64,000 bases of DNA from Octopus sinensis (lineage: Eukaryota): contig NC_043025.1 in assembly GCF_006345805.1 (NCBI RefSeq), positions 2,914,001 through 2,978,000 on the forward strand, read 5' to 3'. The notes under the pieces are model-generated. The model made no database searches and had not been told where the DNA came from. It saw only the letters and a program-made list of their open reading frames with translations. A program made the position numbers and the translations under genes. Shown piece by piece: positions 25,693 through 39,229 of this stretch. The stretch's first letter is position 1; each line of letters begins with the position of its first letter.

Positions 25693-27235
25693 ACTTAAAG
25701 TCCATTAAATTAATAAATAGCATAGATATTGTTGCTTGTCCATTCTTGAGCCATGCCTGGCTCATAAGGGACGGGACACCGGACCTTTGCCGGTGAGCTG
25801 CTAGAAGCAGGAGAAAGAGTGAGAGAATGTGGTGGAAAAAGAGTCAGCAGAGGATCATCATTACCTTACGCCGGAGCCGCGTGGAGCTGAGGTGTTCAGC
25901 TCATAAACAAACATCGCATAATCTGTGATTCGAACCCGAAATCCTTCGAGCGCGAGACTGCTGCTCTAACCACTAGAACTTGTGCCTCCATATATATATA
26001 TGCTCATGTGCCTCCATATATATATATATTGCTCGTTTTTTTCGTGTTGAAGTTAAACCCACCTCTTGCCTTGTATTGAAATCTTCTACATTCCCTCTAA
26101 CAACTGTTACCAATTAAGATGTTATATCTGAGTCGGCAGGGATTTTATCCGCTTAACGCTTTTGACATACTCCTACATAATGGACCGTCTGAAATCGCAG
26201 TGAAACGTTTGGGTGTACTTCGACACATTGAGTGATATCTGTTTATTTCTCACCCCTTAATGCGACTCTCGGTACAAAATTGATCAGTGTGTCCAATCTC
26301 AGCAAAATCCGAAGAAAAGTGTGGTAAGGTTATGTCATAAAATAGAATCCATGTTACCATTTACATGAAAATATTCCATTGACATTTAAATCTCAATACA
26401 TTGTATAAATAATCGACGTTTCATATGTGGAAGTGCTTAATTTTACACACTGTTCAATTTTCTTCAGAATCAGTTCCCTAAATTTGTGAATGATTCTGAC
26501 GATTTCTGCCTTTCATCATTTTAATTTTAATTCAACTACATGACTCCGGCCATAAACTTTCCCAAGAAGTCAAAGTTAATCAAAATCGGATGAATTGTGT
26601 AAAAGTTACAACAGAAAATACTAATCCTATGGGTGAGTGCATACAAAAAGCGTATTGATTTCTTAAAATCCACCGCTCACGTGCAGTTATCGATTTTTTT
26701 GTCAACTCTTCATGCTGGTATCAACTAAGCAATGGACATGAACTGTAATCATGTGTAAAATGTCTACAATGTCTCTAATGATATGTTTATTTGCATTTAT
26801 GCCCTTTTCAAGCCATTCTGAATTAAATAAATACCTTTTACAGTCTTCCCCTCCAACAATTCACCTATGTCTCAAATTTCATTAAAATCGGATAAAAACT
26901 TTGAAATTTACGGCCAAAAATAAATTCTCTGTGGGTATTTGCACGCAAAACGCCTATTCATTTTATGTAACCACTTCTCATGCGCACTTGCCGATTTTTT
27001 CCTTAACGTCATATACTGACATCAACTCACTGCCATGAGCCTCGTTCACTCATCGATTTTCATAACAATTGGACAGAAACTGCAAAATCTGCAGGAAAAA
27101 TAACATCGTCATGGGAATATGCGAGGTTACTGAACAAAATGGTTAAAATATCGCCATTAAAACAATTTTTAAAGAGCTTCCTGTCATCATTTCCAACATT
27201 GAAGTGAAAAACATTTGAAGATCCCCACCAGAACG
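25693..27235. repeat. Block Y copy 2 (includes SINE 25729-25990, minus strand)
   Basis: Collinear with 3928-5613. Confidence 0.9.
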
Positions 27236-27484
27236 TAGAAAAAAGATATCTTGTTTGGGATTGCTATACTAAAAGTATTCCAAAATATTCTGTTGTGGGA
27301 ATTGCTCGGCAACGAAGGGATATTCAGCTAGTGTATATATATATATGCATATGTGTGTGTTTATGTTATTGTGTGTGTGTGTGTGTGTGTTCAATAATTA
27401 GGGAGTGGCATAGATAAATTCCAAGCTACATAAGCTTCATAGCTACAGAACCACGGAGGTAGGAAACTATACTAAAATGGGGTG

Positions 27485-27744
27485 CAAGATTGTTTATGGA
27501 AGACCAGCAGTCACCCATGCATACCGGCCTCCCCTCTCCACGCCATCAGTGTTATCCAAGGGAATGCAAAGAGGCCGATACAGCTAGACACCAGTGACGT
27601 CGCAACACATTTTAGAGCTGAGGGAACTGGAGCACCATGAAATAAAGTATATTGCTCAAGAACACAACAAACAGCCCTGTCCGGGATTCGCACTAACCAA
27701 CTTACGATCCTAAGCTCGATGCTCTAACCTCTGAGCCTGTGCCT

Positions 27745-27747
<3 letters not shown>
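27485..27747 (-). mobile_element. tRNA-derived SINE, same family as 52015-52337
   Basis: The reverse complement matches the 52015 SINE (..gactgctggtcttccataaacaa.., ..gttcttgagcaa..). Confidence 0.75.
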
Positions 27748-27794
<47 letters not shown>

Positions 27795-27804
27795 TATACC
27801 TCTA

Positions 27805-30800
27805 CAAAATGAAGGAAAAGCATTACAACTTCAATATTCATGGTCAGTGTTATCATCGCATGGGAAGTCTTGATCCTCAGCCTACCAAGGAACCCAAGTT
27901 CTTTCAGATTTTCTTCATGGGTTGTTCAAACGCAGAAGGTATCCAACGGTGCAACAGAAATTCAGATGTTGACGCACCAATTGTTGAAAATGGCAAGCGT
28001 GATATTGTCTTCCAGCACCGCGATAGCCGACTGTCCTTTGTTTCGGAAACCCATCGGTCATACAACTGCCTGCAGTACCCCCTACTGTTTCCCCTTTGGA
28101 GAGGATGGCTACAGCTTTCACCAATGCCATGTTGATCCAATCACGAGTGCTGAATTAACCAAGGCTGTTTCCTGCAAGGAATTCTATGCCTTCCGTCTTA
28201 TGAAGAAAAGAAAAGTTCAACCAACTACTACGGTACAAGGAAGTCACAAATCAATTCTTGGTTGACATGTTTGCCAAGGTTGAAGGTGAAATGTTTCTTT
28301 ATAGTCGTCAAAATCAAAAGATCGATATCTTACCGTTCATGTCCAGCTGTATGGTAATGCAAGAAACATTGGCCTTCCGGTGATACTTCCTTCCAGCCAT
28401 ACCGGGTCTCCACGGTACATGCATCAGCGGACACAGGATGCCATGGCATATGTCCGTAAATTTGGCGGACCTGACCTCTTCATCACCTTTACGTGCAACT
28501 CATCTTGGCGAGAGATAAAGGAAAACTTATTCGAAGGCCAGGCTGCATGCGACAGACACGACTTAGTGGCCAGAGTTTTCCATGGAATATTGTAGAAATT
28601 AATGTGGCTATTGAAACATGATGCTGTCTACGGAAAACTTAACGCGTGGAAGTACATTGTAGAATGGCAAAAGCGGAGTCTTCCACACGCCCATATACTG
28701 ATTTGGTGCCAAGAAATAATCAGACCTGCGGACATAGATCAAATTATATGTGTAGAGCTGCCTGACCCTAATGTCAACTTGCAGCTATTCCAAATCGTGT
28801 CGGCGCATATGATACACGGGCCCTGTGGTGTCTTGAATCCTAATTCTCCATGTATGGAAAAAAATAGATGTTCAAAGAACTATCCCAGGGCTTTCAACAG
28901 GGTTACATGTACTGGTATTTACGGCTACCCAATTTACTGACGACGTGCCCCTGATTTTGGAGGAATTTCGGCGAAAAAAAGGATAAAGGGCAAAGACATT
29001 GACATCAACAACAGTATGGTTGTTCCCTACAGCCCTTTCCCCCTTAAAATTTTCAACGCCCACATCAACGTTGAATCTTGCACCTCGATTAAAGGCATCA
29101 AGTACATATGCAAACATGTAAACAAGGGCAGCGACATGGCTGTTTTGGGTGTGCAGGATGAAGAGACAGCCAACGATGAAATCCTTCAATATTTCGTCCA
29201 ATATGACGGCATGGCGCATTCTAGGTTTTGATATTCACCAGTCCTCTGCATCTGTTTTTGGCCCAGATGTACACCTAGAAAATAGGCAACGTGTTTACTT
29301 CACTGAGGACACCGCCGCAAATGTACTCAAACAGCCACCGGAAACCACTCTGGGTTCGACCTCAATAACGTCATCTACAACACAGCCCTCCTTTATTTGC
29401 AATCACGACTGCAAGCTATTGGAGGAGTTGGCGTCCTCAGATTTCAGTCTGCCGTCTCCGCGGGATATTTCAAATGCTTTAGCTGCTGAGTACATGCGAG
29501 AGTTGAGCTACAACACGCAGGAAATTGTGGCACGGTTGCTCAGGATGAGCCTAGACTTTTGGAAGAACAGAGAATTGAATACAACAGGATCCTCGCAAGT
29601 ATTAATTCCAACGAAGGACAACTTTTTTTCTTGGATGCTCCCGGCAGAACCGGAAAAACTTTTCTCATGAACCTCCTACTCGCCAATATTTTCCAGGAAA
29701 ATGGAATTGCCATAGCGGTTGCATCCAGCGGCATCGCAGCAACTCTACTGCATGGCGGTCGTACGGCACACTCAGCATTCAAATTACCACTAGACCTGAC
29801 CAAACAGGGAAATCCCACTTGCAATGTTAGTCTTGGCTCAGCCATGGGGAATCTTCTCACTGAGTGCAGCCTTATCATTTGGAATGAGGCAGCCATGTGT
29901 ATTAAGGCTGCATTTGAGGCGCTCGAGCGGTTTCTTCAAGACCTGAGACGCAATATGAGAGTGATGGGTGGAGTGATTGTTCTGCTTGCTGGCAACTTAC
30001 GACAAACTCTACCTGTCATTCTACGGGGGACAAGAGCTGACGAGGTAAATGCTTCCATAAAATCATCCTAGTTATGGCACCACAGCGAAAACTTCACCTG
30101 ACTACGAACATGAGAGTTCACGTGTTTGGCAACGAAAATGCAGTCACATTCTCGGCGCAGCTTCTCGATGTTAGTAATGGAAATTTAGCTGGCGATACTG
30201 ATGGTTTCATCCATTTACCATTTGGTAACTTCGTGCCTAACGTAGATGATTTGATTTCTGCAGTTTTTCCTGACATTGCAAGCCAAAGCCTTCACACAAC
30301 TTGCCTTAAAGGAATAGCAATTTTGGCGCCTCACAATAAAACAGTCGACGCTATCAAAAATAAACTTTTTGATCTGCTTCCTGGAGAAAAACTCTCCTTC
30401 AAGTCCATTGAGACGCATGAAAACCCGGATGATATGACCATTTTCACAACGGAATTTCTTAATTCCCAAACGCCCACAGGACTTCCGCCTCACGAACTCC
30501 ATCTCAATGATGGCGCCCCCATCATGCTGCTGCGGAATCTTGATGCTCCAATAATGTGTAAAGGCACGCGGATGATAATAAAAAATATATACTCCCGAGT
30601 TCTGCAGGCAACCATATTGAATGGACCAGCCACTGGTCAAGATGTTCTTATAACCCCAATCTCCCTCACTCCCTCCGATACGATCTACAAGTTTAAGCGG
30701 CTTCAATTTCCTATCAAACTCTCCTTTGCATAGCAAATATATGAGGTACAGGGTCAATCATTGCAAATGGTTGGTTTAAATCTCACAGAGCAAGTGTTCT

Positions 30801-31052
30801 CGCATGGTCAACTCTTCGTTGGATGCTCCCATGCTGGCAGCACACAAAGTCTAGACATTTGTGCATCAGAAGGGAAAACGAGAAATGTTGCCTACAAAGA
30901 AGCGCTCCACTGAAAAGATGGCATTTCTTCACATCTTTCAAATCACCCCAGTCATCTGCCGCCTCAAAAGCTTCGTAGCCGCCGTGCCAGCCAATGTAAC
31001 TCAATGACACACACCATCACTCACTCACCCTATCTCTCTTTCGCACCCTCTT

Positions 31053-31083
<31 letters not shown>

Positions 31084-31480
31084 TACACACACACACATGT
31101 CCATTTCACATATCTTTCAATTTCTGCTCTCTGCAAAGAAAATGTTTATGGATACAACTGCTTACAAAAATAGGGATTAATGTATAATTTCTTTCTATCT
31201 TCATAATTAAATAAATGTTTTAATGATTAAACAGTGGTCCATTACAATAGCTCTCAGAAACAGACTACGTACAAATTCTTTCTTCACAACTCCTGAAGCT
31301 GTTTTCTGACAGCGGGAGGGGTGGTGATGGAAAGAAATTTTCATATAACTGGAGGCTCCAGTCAAAACAGGGGTCCCGAAATGATAAGGTTGAGAAACGC
31401 TGTTATAGATTATGCCAAGCCGAAAACGATCACACCCACATCATCCAAACAGATCGGGTGAAATCGGGCTTAACTGCTAG
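27805..31480 (+). mobile_element. Helitron family H2: RepHel relic with a plausible 3' terminus
   Basis: FNIHGQCYHRMGSL; ILPSSHTGSPRYM..PDLFITFTCN; VEWQKRSLPHAH; FLDAPGRTGKT (Walker A); PTGLPPHELHL; QFPIKLSFA. The 3' end cgggtgaaatcgggcttaactgCTAG (31477-31480) is followed by T. Confidence 0.92.
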
Positions 31481-31574
31481 TATACCTATATTTACACATG
31501 TATGTATATGCAAACGTGACGTTCAGTTATTCCATAAATGTAAAATGTATTAAATGCTACAAAACATACAAAAG

Positions 31575-31766
<192 letters not shown>

Positions 31767-32110
31767 TGTATATATAATACAGTCTTCATCTTAGTTATTT
31801 CGCTGTTCACCACCAGAAAGTAAACATTCTCACTGATGATATCCGGACATATAATCCGATTATTTTACATCTATCATCGCTGAAACGGTGATGATCGAAA
31901 CCTAACATCACGGTTGAAACAATTGTAGGATTGCTTTATGTTTATGTAATTTGTTGATTCGGTTCCTTTACATCTTAAATATTGTACGTATTACTTTTTT
32001 CATCGAGGTAAAAAAATAGCCAAGTATCCTCTATATTTCTTCTCTATTTCCTTTTATTATCTATATACACACACACATATATATATATATACATATATAC
32101 ATATATATAC

Positions 32111-32173
<63 letters not shown>

Positions 32174-32272
32174 GTAAATACATGGGTAAAAAAATCGGAT
32201 TCATTATGAAAGAATTCATCAATATACCAAATTTCAAAATCTGTGAGAGAAACAAAGAAGATTTCTCTCTCT

Positions 32273-32315
<43 letters not shown>

Positions 32316-33124
32316 CCTATGTCTTTCATTTTCTCAACGCAAAATTTTCCACTCAGTGTGTGTGTATGCATGTGTGTAAGGAATTTCATTAAGGCGACAC
32401 GGTAATGTAAAATCTGTATGCAATATAATAGATGTTAATAGCATACATTTCCGTTACTAAATATGATGTTTCTTACACACACACACACACACATACACAC
32501 ACACACACATACAAGAAAGCACTACGAACACACGCACACACATGAACACACTCATATATGTACGTAACTATAGGTATGTGTTTATGTGTAATTTGATGTG
32601 TATAATGTCTTAATACATACATGAATATATATATCACATATATTTAGCCACTGTAAAGTGATCATGGGCAATATTTTTTGCTTCTTATACTGCTTCTTTC
32701 ATGAACAGAGATTTTCTAACATATTAGTGTCCTAGTCACACAATCAATGACACTATTTTCTATATATTGCAATCGAAGTAAATCCTGACATGCCTGGCGA
32801 CGACTACCCACCTCTAAGGAGATCAAATACAGATCGAAACCTGTGGGGTAGAGTCTTGAAGCTAGGGAAGCAGGTGTTACCTCCCGATTGCACTAAATAT
32901 CGAGTGAATATCGAAGCGAACTGAATAAATCAACTGATGTGTTCCTGTGGTTAAATGGCAGTTTAGTCGTCTCGTAGACGACGAATAGATAGATAGGTAA
33001 ATAGAAAGAGAGAGAGAGAGAGATAATATAGATATAGATATATATTTACATATATATATATATACACAAATACAAGCAGATATATGTATATGAGATACAT
33101 GTATGCATGTATGAATATTTATTA

Positions 33125-33174
<50 letters not shown>

Positions 33175-33232
33175 ATCCAAATTTACAGGGAAAAATCAGA
33201 TTAGGATTGAATCCAATTTTATAGTAAAATAT

Positions 33233-33737
<505 letters not shown>

Positions 33738-33742
33738 GCATG

Positions 33743-34510
33743 TACGAGGTCGTTTCAAAATTTCCTAAACGAGCTCTATACGATTGTATGCGCGGTGATA
33801 GCTAGCAGTGACCTTCATGAGGCAGCCTGTTGAGTGACATCGCTCTATATATTTCGCAAGATGTGGCATTTGAACTTTGGTGATACTGTAATCTGCGATT
33901 TTTGTCATGAACAGGAAATTGGAAGAAATGAAGAAAGTGTAATTTTGCGTTAAAATTGGGAAGTCTGCTACAGAGAGATTGAGCATGCTTTGGCAAGATT
34001 ATGGCGGTGAGACAGTGGGTCGTATGTAATGTTTCGAGTGAAGGGGCGCACGAAAATACTACAGCTTAATCAAGAGCATGTTCATCATTTTTTTTCCGAC
34101 ATCCTCGGTATTGTGTAATGGGATTTTTCAGGGCGGACGTTCGGGGAAAATGATCGGATCTGGGATTCGCGAAGTATTGAATTTTTCACGACAACAATGC
34201 ACCTATCACCTCACTCGTATGTTTCTTGCCAAAAACAACATGCTATTGCTTCTGCACCTGCCCTATTCGCCAGATTTACCACCTGTTGACTTGCATCTGT
34301 TCTTCAAAATGAAAAATCAGCTCAAACGTTGAGATCAGGAGCAAATTTAACACTGTCGTCGAGATCAAGAAGTCCTCGAGCCGCCTATGGAAAACTACGT
34401 CCAGGCCGTATTCCAAAAGTGTCAGAACGGCTGGGGCAGTTGTATTATTGCTCAGGTAATATAAGTTACTTTTATTAAACATTACTCGTTCAGGAACTTT
34501 ATATATACGA
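33743..34510 (+). mobile_element. Internally deleted mariner (DD34D-type) element with both TIR regions
   Basis: 5' TA-cgaggtcgtttcaaaa; FCVKIGKSATE (HTH); KSMFIIFF; FLAKNN...LPYSPDLPPVD; CIIAQG then the 3' TIR. Partial paralog at 53250-53630. Confidence 0.85.
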
Positions 34511-34641
34511 CGGATTTCCTTCAGTTACCCAATTAACCAACATAAACGGGTTTGTTCGGCTGGAGACCAGAGTACACGCATAAGGACTGAATACAGAAGG
34601 AAAATTCTTATCACACAGCCATGCCAACGCCAAAGCGAATG

Positions 34642-34674
<33 letters not shown>

Positions 34675-34915
34675 CACAAACACATACACACACACACGTA
34701 CACACACACAATATACACACACACGTATGACGGAAATGGAAAATGGATTCTACGTGATACATTAATCACTACTGCCGTTTCAACCCGTCTTCAATCGGCC
34801 CCTCACGGATGAGATAATGGTCGATTGGCCGCGGTGCATCTGTCTTTGCAGATGTTTCTCATCAGTTGACATTTCAAAAAGTACTCTGCTCAATAAACTC
34901 AGTTTCACTTTCGTT

Positions 34916-34983
<68 letters not shown>

Positions 34984-36332
34984 TAATAATAATAATAATA
35001 ATAACAATAATGATAATGATTTTAGTACGAAGAAGGTGAAGACGAAGAAAGAGGAGGAGGAGAAGAAGAAGAGGAAGAAGAACAAAAACGACAACAACAA
35101 CAACAATAATTACAACGAAGAAGTCGGTGATGAAGAAAAAGTAAGTATAAGTAGCAAGAAAACAGACAAGATGGACAAGCAAAACAATAACAAGAAAATT
35201 TGGGAATGAGGATAGAAATGATAATAAAAATATATCAACATAAGTAAAATTATCAGACATACACACAGACACAAACGTACGAGGGACACCTCAGACGTTG
35301 TTTTATGTTGTGGACGACTAGCTACATTAACATCCTTCCTAAAGAAATTGAAACGGCATATGCAGCCATCAAACTGCACAGTTTGACCAAATTGCCCCAG
35401 CTGTAGCTCACTGTACAAATAAAAAATGACGACTACCAACTTCAGCACGTCATGTTATTGTAGAGTTTAAAATAACTGATGTTATTGAACCAGTATCTCA
35501 AAAGAGTGAGGATGAATATATTTCTATACGTTCTTTTCTTGAAGTATAACTCTGCATAAATATATATTTCATAATATACCCACCTATAGACACAAATTCA
35601 AACATAGATATTCACGTGCAATCGTACACTCATACACAAAATGTTAGACATTAATGTAGGCACATAGAGACACAAACAGTCATAGACATCTTCATACACA
35701 TTCTAACATGAATATAGTAGCAGAACATTAGTTAGAGATACAGAGATTAAAAGGAAGATAAGAAGACATTAAGTTCCTAGAAAAATTTCGCAAATAAAAT
35801 ATAAAAAAACTTAACCAACTTACATTTCCTCTAAACTTGGAAGATTTTGAAAGCATCCTTGTGGGATGGTTGTGATCTTATTCCCAGTGAGACCTCTGAA
35901 ACATAAAATACAGTTCAAAAGAAAGAGAATTAAAAAGATTTCTTATAAAATATTAAATCTTGTACCTTTAGAATCATATTAATAAAAAGAGGACGTTGAT
36001 GAAGAAAATGGCCGTGATGATGTTGATGATGATGATGAGGAGGATTGCGATGTTGATTGTAAATGTTGTAATAATGACAGGGAGAAGGAAAAGTGGGATA
36101 ATGATGATGATTATTATCGAAAATGATGAGAAACGCTACCGATTAATTGGTGATGACGACGTTGATTATTACGATGTTCATAACGAAGGTGATGATGATT
36201 CTGCATGCTAGAAATAGCAGAGTAAATGAGGGAAGGAAATAGTTATGATGACAAGATAAATTATAACGATTAGTGAATATGAAAATATGATTAGCAGAAG
36301 GACCATGGATATGATAACGCTGAAGATGATAC

Positions 36333-36392
<60 letters not shown>

Positions 36393-36979
36393 CGATGATG
36401 ACGGTGACGATGATGATGATGACGATGATTACGATGAGGATGATGAAAGATGTGATGAAAAATTAGAAATTGATAAGAATAACGAAGGTGAATGAAAATA
36501 AATCATAGAACGGATAAATATAGAGAAGTAGAAGAAGAAGAAGAAGAAGAAGAAGAAGAAGAAGAAGAAGAAGAAGAAGAAGAAGAAGAAGAAGAAGAAG
36601 AAGAAGAAGAAGAAGAAGAAGAAGAAGAAGAAGAAGAAGAAGAAGAAGAAGAAGAAGAAGAAGCGAAAATGATTCATGAAAAGAGGAGAAAGCAGTTGTG
36701 AGAATTAAAAGCAGAAGAACCAGAATATGATGAACAAAATGAATGTAGAGAAAAATTGTGAAGAAGACGATAAATGCAGGAAAAGAAGATATATTAAGAC
36801 AAGAAAAATAACGTGGAATATCAGAATGGGGAAACAAGTGGGAATAAAAGAATATAAATACAAATACTGTAGTCACACATCAAACAAACACAAACATATA
36901 TATATATATATATATAATATTATTAGTGAATTGAAGAAATGGAGTTGAACGAAGATTGAACAGAAATCGTTTTATTGCA

Positions 36980-37059
36980 TTCTACACGTGTTTCGAAAGG
37001 CACAATTTACCAAATTCCGATTGAATAAGGAGACCATATTGTGTCTTTCTCTTCAGGAA
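36980..37059 (-). ncRNA. Type I hammerhead ribozyme motif with a long stem II
   Basis: uuc-CUGAAGA-gaaagacacaau(..)auugugccuuuc-GAAA-cacgug-UA-gaa: 12-bp stem II with one mismatch, palindromic stem III, GUA triplet. Stem I is only 3 bp. Confidence 0.75.
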
Positions 37060-37188
37060 GAAATAGGAAATCCGTTGGAAAAAACAAAAACAGAACAGAG
37101 GCGGAGCAAAACAAATCGAATTTTTGCTACCAAGGTATCGGTTAAACTTTTGATTAATCTGCAACAAGATTATTCATCTTTCTATTTC

Positions 37189-37277
<89 letters not shown>

Positions 37278-37334
37278 GTTTATATATTTGGTTAGCAAGA
37301 ATTTTGATGTGAAATCGTGTGTTAAAACAGATAC

Positions 37335-37815
37335 TGTTGAATTTAGGAATGGTCATTTTGCCAGTTTAGCCAATAAAAACACACGCACTATATATTTGGT
37401 GTTACTTAGCTTCAGCGTTAGTTACTTTTTACATTAATCTTAATCTTATTTCGGCCAGAGTTCTTTCGTCACACTCCAGTGACCTCATCAGTGGTCCTTT
37501 GCTTTCTTCTTTCTTATATGTGTGTCTCTCCTTACTAACGGTCAGTCATTTTGTATTGTGTATTTCTATTGTATGTGTCTTCATTTGCGCATATGGATAT
37601 ACATCAATATGTGCCTATGTTTAGTTAAAGTGTGTGTGTGGGGAAGACCCTGTAATATTTGTATCTCCTGTTTATATACGTTCGAAAGAACTCTGGCCGA
37701 AATAAGATTAAATTTAATGTAAGAAATAAATGACGCTGAAACAAAGTAACACCAAATATATAGTGCGTGTGGTTTTATTGGTTAAACTGGCAAAATGACC
37801 ATTCCTAAATACAAC
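37335..37815. repeat. Inverted-repeat PLE pseudo-LTR-like element
   Basis: Arms of about 135 bp (37335-37468 and 37683-37815) around a spacer of about 215 bp; flanked by (TA)n. Confidence 0.85.
37453..37497 (-). ncRNA. Minimal type I hammerhead ribozyme motif
   Basis: ggacca-CUGAUGA-g-gucac(uggagu)gugac-GAAA-gaac-UC-uggcc: 5-bp stem II, one extra nucleotide after A9, CUC triplet, near-palindromic stem III. Confidence 0.7.
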
Positions 37816-37816
37816 A

Positions 37817-37856
<40 letters not shown>

Positions 37857-38140
37857 ACATACACACATCCACCTATATATACCTTATCAAACCCTGATGT
37901 ATAAACGCACACACACACTTCCAGGCCACACATATATTCCCACTTTCTTACACACAGGCAAACATAAATTGCAAGACAATATGAATTGTAGAAAAATGAG
38001 GGTAAATAAACAAGATAAGAGAGACATTTAGTTTGTGGAAATGACATTGGATGACATATCGAGATCTTATTATGAAGAAGATGACTAACATAAGAGAAAG
38101 TTGATGATGAAGAATAGGCCGAAAAAGGAAACAACGATGA

Positions 38141-38220
<80 letters not shown>

Positions 38221-39066
38221 AAGAAGAAGAAGAAGAAGAAGAAAAAATGAAGATGATGATGATTATGATGATAACGATGATGAGCAACAACAACAGCAAC
38301 AACTTTAAAGCAATAATAAGAGAAGTGGCAGAAGAGAAGAATGATGTAAAAAAATAAGGAGGAAACGAAGGAGCCTGTCATGAAGAAAACTTGAATATAA
38401 TATTTCTGATCTTATAATAATTCTGCTTGTCAATATGTTAATTAGTCCGTCGGTAACGCTTTCTTGTGATTAGAGAAAAAGAGGGAGAACGAAAAAGAGC
38501 GAAAGAGAAATGTCCATGACCTGAGGTAGAAGGAACGTGACTGTAATGCTTTCACGTGATTAGTTGAATGGAAAGAGAGACCAAGAGAAAGAAAAAGGAA
38601 TGAGAAAACGAAAGTAAGTCGAATAGTGGGGCAAAAAGAGGGGGACAGGGAGAAAAGGGGAGAGAGAAAAGAGCGAGGGAGAAAAAGAGGGAGAGGACAT
38701 GTGGTAGAGGGAAGGTAATATTTATTACGTGATGAAAAAGTTAGTTGAAGGTAGTGATATTGAGGAGGGTTACGAATATAATTTTAGCAGAGCGGTGATG
38801 TTATGATGGTGAGATTAAAATAAGTCAGATAGGTAGATAAATAGATAGATAGATAAACTGAGAAAATGAGAGAAAGGGGGAGTGAGAGACGGTGGTAGTG
38901 GTGGTAGTGGTTGTGGTGGAAGTGGTAATGATGAGTGCATAATGCAAAGTCACTTTTGAATTCAACTAAGTGTTTTATATTCTCTATCACTTAACGGTTG
39001 CACATAACTGCAATTCTGTTAAATATTCACACTTATTTACAGTGTCACATGTAAGGCGTATATATT

Positions 39067-39127
<61 letters not shown>

Positions 39128-39229
39128 CAATTAAGAAATATATGAATTGTAATTAAAATATATATATTTCAATTAAAATAAAGGTGGACACACAGTAAAT
39201 TCCATCTCTACAAGATCACGGTTGAGGTT

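Larger units (their letters stand above)
34505..39130. repeat. Module A copy 4 (long type) with a 0.9-kb insertion in its (TA)n tract
   Basis: Collinear with the other copies; 36920-37815 is absent from the paralogs near 905-960 and 55180-55220. Confidence 0.9.

Noticed and set aside
31830-32850. Ribozyme-like motifs at about 31833-31930 (CTGATGA; GAAAcaattgTA) and 32805-32850 (CTAAGGA-gatc..gatc-GAAA)
   Set aside because: Core or stem I is broken, so they are not listed as ncRNA features; used only as weak support for the TA-targeting finding.
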